From positions 35,340,001 through 35,404,000 of the forward strand of contig OZ024742.1 in NCBI GenBank assembly GCA_964016885.1: 64,000 bases of DNA, in the 5' to 3' direction. The translations under genes and the position numbers were made by a program. Of this stretch, positions 1-11,961 are shown one piece after another; position 1 is the stretch's first letter; the number at the start of each line of letters is the position of its first letter. The notes below the pieces were generated by a model that saw only the letters and a program-made list of their open reading frames with translations, had not been told where the DNA came from and searched no databases. This DNA is from Eledone cirrhosa (lineage: Eukaryota).

Positions 1-235
1 CAATTTGGCAGTGTTGTTATAGCTTCTTATTGTCTATAGTTTCTAAGGTGGCAAATTGGCAGTGTTGTTATAGCTTCTTATTGTCTATAGTTTCTAAGGT
101 GGCAAATTGGCAGTGTTGTTATAGCTTCTTATTATCTATAGTTTCTAAGGTGGCAAATTGGCAGTGTTGTTATAGCTTCTTATTGTCTATAGTTTCTAAT
201 GTGGCAAATTGGCAGTGTTGTTATAGCTTCTTATT
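1..235. repeat. 51-bp tandem repeat, about 4.6 copies (continues off the window edge)
   Basis: Unit CAAATTGGCAGTGTTGTTATAGCTTCTTATTGTCTATAGTTTCTAAGGTGG; explains the 17-aa repeat ORF 30..350. Confidence 0.92.
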
Positions 236-427
236 AAAGGCTTCAGTAATTGCTCTGACTCTCTACGTTCTGAGTTTAAATAACGTCGACGTCAACTTTG
301 ACTTTCATCCTTTTGTGAATCCACAAAGAGAAATTGGAATATGTCTCTAGCCCAGTTCATTTTCACACATTCATCAATGCACACATGTACTCGTACACAC
401 ACATATATATTATATCATTATGCACAC

Positions 428-611
428 AATTGGCAGTATCAGTAGAGGGTCGGACGCCATTCTTTGCAGCATAGAGTTACGTTCCTTTACCGTCTGAGTT
501 CAAATCCCGCCGAGGTTAATTTTCCCTTTCATCCTTACGGGGTCGATGAAATAAAGTATCAGTAATACACTGGGATAATTGCTGGCCTTGTGCCCAAAAT
601 AGAAACAATTA
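428..611 (+). mobile_element. tRNA-derived SINE family 1
   Basis: A box TGGCAGTATCRG, B box GAGTTCAAATCC, body CTTTCATCCTTACGGGGTCGATAAAATAAAGTACCAG, tail GTAGAAACAATTA; partial copies at 2297-2412, 3371-3466, 3591-3732. Confidence 0.9.
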
Positions 612-892
612 TATTATTATACACAAACATTCATATACGCACACGCGTGCACACAAACGCGCATTTTATGTATGAAGTAACAAAGTCTCAACTTAAAATG
701 CTTTTATTCCATATCAAACGATAAATATGCTTCACAGATTATCGGCTCGAAGTCGTAATCGATATGACGGACCAGACTCCGGTCTTGATATGCTCATCAG
801 GCATGTAGATTTAAATCAAAACATTTCCATCCCTGGGGCACTGCTTCCTACCGATATTTATATATATATATCTATATATATCTATATATATC

Positions 893-926
<34 letters not shown>

Positions 927-2172
927 GCGAAATCCATCTCCATATACTGACCCCTAAACAACACGATGTTTAGTTTTTCTTTATTTCAAATTGACTCCAG
1001 CCAGTCTAGAGAAATTAGCCAACTTGAGGTTATTTGAGATAACATTTTCTTCAACGCATTCTCCCCTCGTTTCTCGACAGAGACAAATATCACATGGAGT
1101 TGCTCTAGCAAGCAGATAGGTGTAACGCTTACGCAAAAACGCCAGCCCTCTCGACAGGGTTGGCACCTCCATAAAAGTTAGTCCAATGTATTTTGTCAGA
1201 CTACTACTGCAAACTAACCACACAAACATAATATACAATTCTCTTGGTTCCTTGTTATTTTATCACACTGTCGACAATAGCTTAGACAAATTATTTTCTT
1301 TATAAAAAAAACTATATTAGTGATGTTTGTTATTATTCATCGGATATTGTTAATGGCAGCTTTACTTTCAGACTTCAGCCACACATCTCAACTCACTGAG
1401 ACATACAGACTCAATTAATTTTCCATAAGTCACAATCATTCTCACAGCGCTTATATGGTAGAGAGCAATTCAAGGAATCACCCATCAATCCAACAACATA
1501 ACTACTACATCTCAGACCTGCCAACTTCTAAAAACCCAAACGGGGAGCACCATGAAAAAAAGGGCTTCAAAACGGGTAGAAATGAGGCAAAATGGGGGAC
1601 ATTTTACATAATGAAAGCTATATCCATTTTCACAAGAGAAAACTTCTCTCACCCACCCACTTCGGGGTGGGGGGTCTCCACGTCGGACGGGGAGAGTTGA
1701 CAAGTCTGACATCAGCCACGCCAAAATGAACAATGATACAAAATTCAAACCATCTCTCACGCTGCATCTAAAATATACAAGCATCTCTACATTGGTGACC
1801 CTGACTCATCGAACAGCCTTTGGATGCATTTTCTGACGCATTTGCTGATGTTGCATGCAGCTTTCGGATAATATGGGAAAACAACGACAGCAATATCATT
1901 CGCCTCGTAACAGTTGTTGATCCCTGATTTATAAGAAGTAATCTGATCAACAATGAAATTTTCAACTACTTTCGAAAACCAAAACCAACTACACACACGC
2001 TACATCAAAATACATTTTATAACCAAAATATATTCTATCGCTAAACACATACACCCACATATATGGCCTTATTCGTTTAAAACTTGTCTAATCCTGATCT
2101 TTCTTCATATAACCTAATACATTCCTTCGATATACTGTACTGATTGTATTATTTCTGTTTACCTTTTACACA

Positions 2173-2213
<41 letters not shown>

Positions 2214-3886
2214 TAATAATTTATTAAAATAACAGATTAAAGTTTAAGTAAAAAAAATCGCTGCTTTCACCCTTAACGGGATCCTCTGAAACTCAAGAGT
2301 TCAAATCCCGCCAAGGTTAACTTTGCCTTTCATCCTTAGGGGGTCGATAAAATAAAGTACCAGTAATACAATGAGTAATTGCTGGCCTTGTGCCAAAAGT
2401 AGAAACAATTATTACTATCATCATCACCGTTCTTCCATGCTAGCATGGGTTAGACGGTTTACTATATATATATATATATGTATATATATGTGTATGTAAA
2501 GGTTTGGTAGAAATATCCAAGGGTAAGAGCACCCAGTTAATAGCACGAGTTAAGTATAATTAGTTACAACGGTGACATATGCAGGTACTTAAGTTTCGTT
2601 GGGTTATGCACCCCAACTCATTTAGTGTTATGAAAACTAAGATATATATATACACACGTATACATCGTATACGTGTGTACTGAGGTGTCGGTAATCAACC
2701 ATATATTTATGTATGTGCGTGTTTGTATATATATATATATAATATATTAACAAATGGAAACCAGGGACACCAAGCCAAACCATGGTGTGCTTTCATCAGA
2801 TAAAATATAATATAGATCAGATAATGTCCTTGAAATATGTATAATGAAATAAATATGGTTTTATAAATATAGTTTCCATTTGTTAATATATCGTATTTTA
2901 CTCCAATAATTTGTTGAGTGCTTTATATCAGTTATAAAAATATTTGCTTGTTGTATCCCAACAATTTAAATAGAACTTCTACATATATATATATATATAT
3001 ATATACACATGTCTATATATGTGTGTATATATATGTATATATTAATTTTGAGTATATGTTGGTTGATTACCGACACCTCAGTATACATATATATGTGTAT
3101 ATATATACGTATATGCGTGTGTGTGTGAACATTGAATCAGTAACTTCGCCGGCTCCTTCTCTAGTCTGTCCGCCGGGGCCGTGAGACACCATTTACTCAT
3201 AATAGTGAGAGATGGGGAGGGCGAGAGAGAGATGGAGGCGGTGACAGTTCGGCTCCTCTGTGTTCAGACCTGGTGTTCGTGTAGGTGCATGTTTACTGTC
3301 TTATCATAATCGTTTTTACCTTTAACATATGAACGTCCATCATTCAACAATAAGACAACATTATTATTGTATTAACTTTGCCTTTCATCCTTACGGGGTC
3401 GATAAAATAAAGTACCAGTAATACACTGGGTATTTGCTGGCCTTGTGCCTAACGTAGAAACAATTATTGTATATATACAAACGGCTTCTGATTTAGGCAC
3501 GGGGTCAATAATTTGGTGGGAGGGGAAAGTCGATTTAATCGACTTTCCCCTCCCACCAAATTGTTGGCCCTGAGTCTAAATCAGAAAGCATTATCGGTAG
3601 AGGGTTGGATGCCATGCTTTCTAGCATAGTTACGTCCCTTTACAGTCTGAGTTCAAATCCCGCCGAGGTTAACTTTGCCTTTCATCCTTACGGGGTCGAT
3701 AAAATAAAGTACCAGTAATGGACTGGGATAATCGCAGTATCTGTTCCGAATCTTTACTTTCTGAGTTCAAATTTCGCCAAGCCCAACTTTGCCTTTTTAT
3801 CTTCTCGAAGTCAAACAATACGGCGAAGTTACCGATTCAAATCAATTTTTAAATTCCACTGTTGCTTTCTAATCACGTGATATTTG

Positions 3887-3917
<31 letters not shown>

Positions 3918-4019
3918 GTCTACACACATACAGAGACACACGCATATATATACATATATATAGAGAGAGAATAAGAAAATGCGAAGTAGTTTCAGATGTT
4001 AAAGTCCTTTATTGATAAG

Positions 4020-4094
4020 GCTGTAATACATATTTCAATGACGACAGTGACCACATGATTCCACGTAGCCAGATCCATGTTCTCATCAGACAGC
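4020..4094 (-). ncRNA. Hammerhead ribozyme-like motif with extended stem II
   Basis: GCUGU-CUGAUGA-[irregular stem II with inner hairpin UGGCUACGUG/CAUGUGGUCA]-GAA-AUAUGUAU-U-ACAGC; stem I GCUGU/ACAGC. Confidence 0.6.
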
Positions 4095-4129
4095 TTCTTT
4101 AGAAGAATGGTATTAGTACAGATAATAGT

Positions 4130-4543
4130 TGTTGAAATAACAAGAATGGCTTTTTGGTTTATATACAAAGGTTTACTTTATTGAAGTCAAAGAAAGGACA
4201 ATAAACATATTACCACTAGTTGTGAAGGTTGACGATGGAATGGTGTGGTTGGTTCATGAGGCAGTTGGTAGTAAAAAGAGTTGCTCTTAACATGTTCACT
4301 GGAGTAGGCTGGTATTTGCACTCAACGTGTCGTGGGTGAAGGCTGAAATGGAGGAGGCGAAGTCGCCTCCGTTCTCCAGGGCTGCTGCGAGTAAAGAGAG
4401 AAAGAGCGCTCTCGCTGTCTCTATATATAGTCCCCATGGGGACGTAACTCCATTTACTTCTGTTGTTAACACTAGGGGACACTACAGTCCCCAAGGGACG
4501 TAACTAGCATGATTTCTGGATTTCACCGCTAGGGGTCACTACA
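4130..4543 (-). mobile_element. Solo-LTR-like sequence
   Basis: TGTAGTG start (partly duplicated), TATA at about 4425, AATAAA at about 4180, ...TTCAACA end; no TSD seen. Confidence 0.45.
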
Positions 4544-4718
4544 CATATTTCAATGACGACAGTGACCACACGATTCCGCGTACACTGAACCATGCTCTCA
4601 TCAGACAGCTTCTTACATAATAAGGTTACGTTCCCGAGGCAATCCAAATTGAAACGACAAGGGCACGGACAAAGATGATGTTCTTGAAGCCTTCGCCCGT
4701 TCCCTTGCGTGTGTCTGT

Positions 4719-4825
<107 letters not shown>

Positions 4826-4838
4826 TATATATATATAA

Positions 4839-4885
<47 letters not shown>

Positions 4886-4893
4886 TATATATA

Positions 4894-4937
<44 letters not shown>

Positions 4938-5265
4938 TGATGGTAAGTAGCTAAGATGCTTCCATAGGCGGTATGCCGGTTGACCACTCTATGCTCTTAC
5001 AGAGCAGAGTATGATAGAATAGAAAACAAAAAATCAGTGATGGATCTGAACTCAATTTATTGTGTGTTACAATTGTTTCGCCGGCGGACAGCCCGAGACG
5101 CGATCATTGTGTGGGTCTGTCTGCCGGCGAAACATTGTAACATACAATAAATTGAGTTCAGATCCATCATTGATTTTTTCGTTTTCTATTTTATATATAT
5201 ATATATATGTATTAAAATTAAAATTAAAATTAAAATTAGAAAGTGAACAACACAAAATATAACTA

Positions 5266-5333
5266 CTCTATTACCAAAGGTTTCTGGATCACAGACGATA
5301 ATAATATACGTCTGGATCGTTCGTCAGATAGAG
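5266..5333 (-). ncRNA. Type I hammerhead ribozyme (left arm of fold-back)
   Basis: CUCUAU-CUGACGA-..GAUCCAGAC/GUCUGUGAUC..-GAA-ACCuuuGGU-A-AUAGAG. Confidence 0.75.
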
Positions 5334-5446
5334 ATGTTATAGATAAAAGATATAAAATGAGATTTAAAATCTGTTAAAAATTTTTAACAGATTTTTAACA
5401 ATTTTTAACAGATTTTAAATCTCATTTCATATCTTTTATCTATAAC

Positions 5447-5516
5447 AACTCTATCTGACGAACGATCCAGACATATTATTATCGTTTGTGATCCAGAAAC
5501 CTTTGGTAATGGAGTT
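5447..5516 (+). ncRNA. Type I hammerhead ribozyme (right arm of fold-back)
   Basis: AACUCUAU-CUGACGA-stem II-GAA-ACCuuuGGU-A-AUGGAGUU; 8-bp stem I including one G-U pair. Confidence 0.75.
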
Positions 5517-5602
5517 ATTTTGTGTTGTTCACTCTCTAATTAAATAGCTCTGTTCTATACATAGAGCACTTTTTTTACCTTTGCTTTTCCTTTGGATTTA
5601 CC

Positions 5603-5699
<97 letters not shown>

Positions 5700-5794
5700 T
5701 GTGTGTAAATATCATGTGATTAGAAAGCAGCGGTGGAATTTGAAAATTGATTTGAATCAGTAACTTTGCCGTGTTGTTTGACTACAGGGCTCAT

Positions 5795-5983
5795 GCGGTG
5801 GATTGGCAGTATCGGTAGAGGGTCTGACGCCATGCTTTGCAGCAAAGAGTTACGTCCCTTTATGGTCTGAGTTCAAATCCCGCCGAGGTTAACTTTGCCT
5901 TTCATCCTTACGGGGTCGATAAAATAAAGTACCAGTAATGTACTGGGTAATTGCTGGCCTTGTGTCAAAAGTAGAAACAATTA
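5795..5983 (+). mobile_element. tRNA-derived SINE family 1, full length
   Basis: Complete head-body-tail match to the other copies. Confidence 0.92.
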
Positions 5984-5985
5984 TT

Positions 5986-6367
5986 AGACAACCTCGCGAA
6001 GATAAAAGTTGAGCTCGGCAAGATTATACCTATATAGTTGTACCCCGGTATTCGCGCTAGTTACGTCCTTAGAGCACCCGCGAAGAGTGATAAACCACCA
6101 ATATTGGACGTGGTCCATAAAAATACATATAAACATCAAAATGTAGCGTAATACATTATGCGAAGAGGCGTCCAATAGGCCGGCAAATATATTGCTATTA
6201 ATAATTTAACTTTAAAAAATATATATTGCCACGAAAAAAAGCCATAAAATATCGCGGAAGATATTTACGATTCTGCGAATATGTGGTGGTTTCCACGAAC
6301 AATTATTAGATAGGTTCTAAGGAAAATTCCGCGAATAACCTCGAGGCGAATGTCGGAGGTACACTGT
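5986..6367. mobile_element. Tigger/pogo-like MITE fragment
   Basis: Ends ...GGAGGTACACTG-TA with CCGCGAATA-type subterminal repeats; left end abuts a SINE. Confidence 0.45.
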
Positions 6368-6378
6368 ATGTATATATA

Positions 6379-8109
6379 CAGGGCCGTCTTAACGCATGGG
6401 CACGCTGGGCAGTTGCCCGGGGGTCCCACGAGGATAGGGGGCCCATGCTAATCTATGTATGTAGCGACTTGCTGTCAATTGATAAATACTATACTATACA
6501 GTAACATCTCTCTAAACCGGTCCGTCATAAAACCGACCACCTCTCTAAAGCGGTTGTTTTAAAAAGTCCTGGCAAAATGGTGTTAAAATTAATATAATTT
6601 TTCTTTACAAAACGGGTCACTCCTTCAAACCGTACACCGGCCACTTTTTAAAATATTTGTTATAATAAATATATTAATTATAACCTCATAATACCGGCCA
6701 CAACAACAACATTTTTTTTAATAAAAAAAATTCCCTACATAATAAAATTTTTTTAATTAGAACACACAGTTTCTGTGGCAATTGAACATCATGATACCAT
6801 TACAGTTTTTTGTTTGGTAAGATTTGAATGGCGACCCTCAGCAAATATTTGGTTTAACCCTTTAGTTTTCAAACCGCCCGAAATCGCCCGAAATTATATC
6901 CCCTTCATTTGTTTAAACCGCCCCAAATCGCCCGAAAACACCCACACTAAAAAATCATTCTAAAAATAAACAAACCATCATAAATATGTCGCCAATTCGA
7001 GACTGCTGCGAGATTAGGCCCTTACCACGAAAATTAACACTTAATATAGTGAAACAAGTTAAAACAAGTGTTTTTTTTAACTTTGAAAGTGCAACAAATT
7101 TTTTTTTGTATCAACATGGCTTATGAAAGTAGCGATACCGACTTTGAAGGTTTTACACACGACTACATTCAGAATAAACAAGAAACAAACGATAATATTA
7201 GTGATTTATCTTCAAATGAATCTGATGTTTATATTTCTGAAATTTCGTCCGACGATGATTGTTTTGAAAGTGAAAACGAAGGAGGTCTCAAGAACGCCAT
7301 TGAAAATATTACAGCAACGTGGTTGAAAAATACCACACTAATATATGTTCCCGATTTTATTCAAAATACTGGTCCACAACACACATTAGCTCCCGATGCT
7401 AAAGTACTGGATTATTTCTTTTTGTTTTTACCACAAACTTTCTTCGAAGTTGTGGCAGAAGAGGTTAATCGATATGCCCAACAACAGATTTCAAATCAAG
7501 GAAAACCCGATCTGTTTGGCGACCGACAGATGCTGCGGAAATGCAAGCATTTTTTACCGTAAATATTATGTCCGGTATAAAACAATTTCCAAGACTGTGG
7601 AGGAGAACGTTCATTTTCAAGACTGAGACTTATAAAAAAATCAGCTTCGCAGCACAATTGGACAGCAGCGTTTGAACTGGCTTTTTTCACTCGTGTATGG
7701 AAAATGAAATCCTGAAAACCATTGACTTCAAGCCAATTATAAAGCAATTCTCTTCAAATAAATTTCGCAAATATTTGTATTGACCACCTGATTATTAATA
7801 AATAGTTCATCGTAATTTGATACTGCGCGATCTCCGTCTGTATGTTTTACGAATTGAATATCATTTGTGCTGAAATGTTTGTGTTTTTCAAGGCTCATGT
7901 TATATTGTTCAAACGTTTGTGTAAATTAATCTTTGATGTACCACATGTTTTTAATGTATAAACACTGATTTCGTTGGAAATACCAATACAATGAATATAT
8001 CTTGAATTATATTGATCATTTGTATTTTTATTCCTGTGAGTGGTTGTGTAGGTAGGGGCCGCAGTGTCTGATTTGCCCGGGGGCCTATAATGCTGTTAAG
8101 ATGGCCTTG
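6379..8109. mobile_element. hAT-like non-autonomous element hosting nested insertions
   Basis: Terminal inverted repeats CAGGGCCGTCTTAA / TTAAGATGGCCTTG with TTGCCCGGGGG subterminal motifs, flanked by TA repeats. Confidence 0.65.
6857..7560 (+). mobile_element. piggyBac 5' end with truncated PGBD4-like transposase
   Basis: TTAA-CCCTTT terminus, subterminal repeats CGCCCGAAA; ORF 7068..7562 with acidic N-terminus (DTDFEGF) and GP...LDYFFLFL...VAEEVNRYAQQ. Confidence 0.82.
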
Positions 8110-8351
8110 TATATATATATATATATATGGAATGAGGAAGGCTGTGTGGTTACTGATAACGATTATATATATATAGGAAAATGTATGACCCCGACGGCAG
8201 AGCTCAAGCCGTTTCGACGGCTATTTCTGGACTATTTAGTCTTGAGCTCTGCCGTCGAGGTCATACATTTTCCTATACCCACTCTACTACCCTAAGTATT
8301 GAGTACTCTGTTGCGTTATGGTCCATCTGGTTCCTTACCACAACTCCTTCG

Positions 8352-8396
<45 letters not shown>

Positions 8397-8485
8397 CCCC
8401 ACCAACACCCCACTCTCCAGAGCGTGAAATTAATAAACATTCGTTGTACTGCCTCTCTGTTTTGTTCCTGTTCAAATTTTTCCAT

Positions 8486-8521
<36 letters not shown>

Positions 8522-8621
8522 TATATATATTTATATATATTTATATATATATATTTACATATATATATTTATATATATATATTTATATATATATATTTAC
8601 ATATATATATTTATATATCTA

Positions 8622-8731
<110 letters not shown>

Positions 8732-8831
8732 TATATATATTTATATATATTTATATATATATATTTACATATATATATTTATATATATATATTTATATAT
8801 ATATATTTACATATATATATTTATATATCTA

Positions 8832-8882
<51 letters not shown>

Positions 8883-9160
8883 ATACTTTGGGAGGGTCAT
8901 GTTGCCAATAAGAAACACACGCACCAGTTGCTTTCACTTCAATTTATTATAATAAATTTATAATAAATTTATAAATTTATAAATTTCTGGTTGGTTGGTT
9001 GGTTCCACAACCAGATAGTTGTTTATATATTGTCATAGTTCTTTCGTCACACACTCTGTGACCTCTTCTTTGTTCTGTCCTACGCCATTTTGTTTCACAG
9101 AAACAAAATGGCGTAGGACAGAACAAAGGAGAGGCACAGAAACAAAGAAAGGAATCCCCA

Positions 9161-9203
9161 GTCACTGAAGAGGTCACAGAGTGTGTGACGAAAGAACTAT
9201 GAC
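9161..9203 (+). ncRNA. Minimal type I hammerhead ribozyme
   Basis: GUCA-CUGAAGA-G-GUCAC(agagugu)GUGAC-GAA-AGaaCU-A-UGAC. Confidence 0.75.
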
Positions 9204-9522
9204 AATAGTTTCACAGAAACAAAATGGCGTAGGACAGAACAAAGGAGAGGCACAGAAACAAAGAAAGGAATCCCCAGTCACGAAAGAACTATGACAATAT
9301 ATAAACAACTATCTGGTTGTGGAACCAACCAACCAACCAGAAATTTATAAATTTATAAATTTATTATAAATTTATTATAATAAATTGAAGTGAAAGCAAC
9401 TGGTGCGTGTGTTTCTTATTGGCAACATGACCCTCCCAAAGTATAACAATATCGGTTTCAACACACGATTTCAGATAAAGAATCTTGCTAAACAAATTCA
9501 GAAACGAAATATATATATATAA

Positions 9523-9569
<47 letters not shown>

Positions 9570-10000
9570 TGTGTGTGTGTATGTTCGATTTGTCGCTTCA
9601 ACTAATGAGATATGTAAACTGATGCCAGACACTTTAGTCTCAGTTCATTACAAACTTCGAGATTTTTTATTGATGAATCGTATTAGCGGAGTGACGTCAC
9701 CTAAGCAATTTACTCTCTTCTTCCTCATGTTTTAGGTTGGAGATATCCCCAATACAATTACCTCCCCTCCTTCCTATTCTTCCACTTTGTCCTCCTCATA
9801 GGTCAGTGATGTTACCTATACAATTAACAACCTTTCTCACCTTCTTCTCCTCAGGCATCGTATTGGTTTTGTGACGACACCATTACAATTAACCCCCGCC
9901 CCCGCAGCCTCCACCGTTTCTACTGTCACCATTATCTTCATTACCATTCACCGATCACCGACCTTTTGTATATTCACTTCCATCTATCTATCTATCTATC

Positions 10001-10998
10001 TGCAGTCCTCGGTCAAGCAAAGACCGAGGAAAATTGGCGACTGGCACATCAAATGTGCTCAGGCGCTCACAGCCCTCTGGCAGGCGGACCCGGCGATCAG
10101 TGGAAACTCCACTTCGTCATTCTATAGAGGGTTGATCCGCAGCAAGTGCGACGACGTGCTCGGTGAAACTCTGGGCGTAGAGGAAGACGAACTGGCTAGT
10201 CTGTTCGGTAGGGCCTTCCGCCCGGGACCGATGGACAACTTCCAAAAGTCCTTGGCCTGGCAGTGCTACCGAGGAGCTCTACCAGTTCGAGACAAGCTCT
10301 ACAGACATGGGCGCCCGGGCAGGGACCCTGCAAAAAAGATCTGTCCGAGGTGCGTACGAGACGAAGAAACCGTCGCGCACGCATTCATACACTGCCCGGG
10401 CGTCACCAACCTGTGGGGCTATGTGAAACGACTATTGTCGCGGGTGGGACAAATCCAGTTGACCACCGAGTCCATTGTCATGATCAAACCGCCACCCTCC
10501 TTCAAAAATGAAGGAGAGGCGGTTTTCCTTTGTGTGATAGCTATGGCGAAAGAGGTTGTATGGTGGACAAGGTTGAAAGGGCTGAGGTCAGACACCTTTC
10601 TCTCCGGCCAACAACTGATTCTTTCTTTTCAAATACCACTTTGGAAGAAGAATCAGGATGGAGAGAGAGGTGCTGTACCCCAGCAAGTTTTATGAAAGGT
10701 GGGTGAAAGTGGCGAGAATGGTCCGAGTGAATGGGCCTTCTCTCTATATCAGCCTGTAGGTTGAGGAAAAAGAGGAGGAGAGGAAAGGAGTACAAACTCT
10801 TCGTACTCCTGGAGATGAGGGTTGCACATTTTTTTCGGGGGTATGTGTTACCCATATGTAATGTCTCCCCCTATTGGGGAAAATCGATTAATTTTTAAAT
10901 TGCATTTGTGATAATATTTTACACGTTTTTAATGTATTTAAACTTCCCCCTTTGTATTTGTCCCCTTCTTTTGTGCCCCTGTGGCTAATAAAGAAACA
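10001..10998 (+). mobile_element. 5'-truncated Tx1/L1-clade LINE (zf-RVT region plus 3' UTR)
   Basis: LAWQCYRGALPVRDKL...CPRC...ETVAHAFIHCP zinc finger; frameshift near the end; AATAAA at about 10987; (TCTA)n on both sides. Confidence 0.85.
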
Positions 10999-11044
<46 letters not shown>

Positions 11045-11774
11045 GCTAGCTAGCTAGCTAGATAGATTTATCTATATATTCATCTATATATTCATCTATC
11101 TGTCAGTTTATCCACCTACCTACCTACCTAATTACCTACCTACCTACCTACCTACCTACCTACCTACCTACCTACCTAATTACCTACCTACCTACCTACC
11201 TACCTACCTACCTACCTACCTACCTACCTACCTACCTACCTATCTATCAACCTATCTCTCTCTCTCCCTCTCTCTATCTATCTATCTACCCATCAGTCAT
11301 CCTCTCCATCCATCCATCCCTCCCTCTCTTTCTCTCAATGTATTCGATGCTAAGTCAACTACACAAAACACAGCCTTCACTAAAACACCACAATCTCTAC
11401 CGACTTTATATAAATGTTGTACAATAATCTCTGTTTATGTTTATTACCAAGTTAATCAATTTGTGAAGTTGGATATTTACTTCAGGTCCCTGCCTTCTGA
11501 GTTCAAATCCTGCCAAGATTCTCTTTGACGTCATCCTTTCAGGGTGGATAAAGAAAGTACTAGCCCCGTGTTGGCTGTTGAATGTTTCGCTGGATCAAAG
11601 GAGGAGGGTATTTGTACCTCTGTCCACTCGTGACTGCATGAGCACCAAAAACTCTTAGCGAAAGCATAGTGCACATTACCAAATCGTACACTATGGAGAG
11701 TGACGGTTGTAGTAGTTTTCAGTTTATGAATATATTATTTAGTACTACATAGCAAATTGTTTTATGGACGAAAT

Positions 11775-11961
11775 AATTGTTTCTACTTTAGGCACAAGGC
11801 CAGCAATTACCCAGTTCATTACTGGTACTTTATTTTATCAACCCCGTAAGGATGAAAGGCAAAGTCAACCTCGGCGGGATTTGAACTCAGATCGTAAAGG
11901 GACGTAACTATGCTGGAAAGCATGGCGTCCGACCCTCTACTGATACTGCCAATCCACCGCC
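11775..11961 (-). mobile_element. tRNA-derived SINE family 1 with TSD
   Basis: Full length; flanking duplication TTTATGGACGAAATAAT. Confidence 0.93.

Noticed and set aside
1-235. CRISPR-like appearance of this and the 17537-17675 repeat
   Set aside because: Head-to-tail tandem units with no unique spacers; eukaryotic context; no cas genes.
5801-5885. tRNA gene
   Set aside because: A and B boxes are present but there is no cloverleaf; it is the head of a multicopy SINE.
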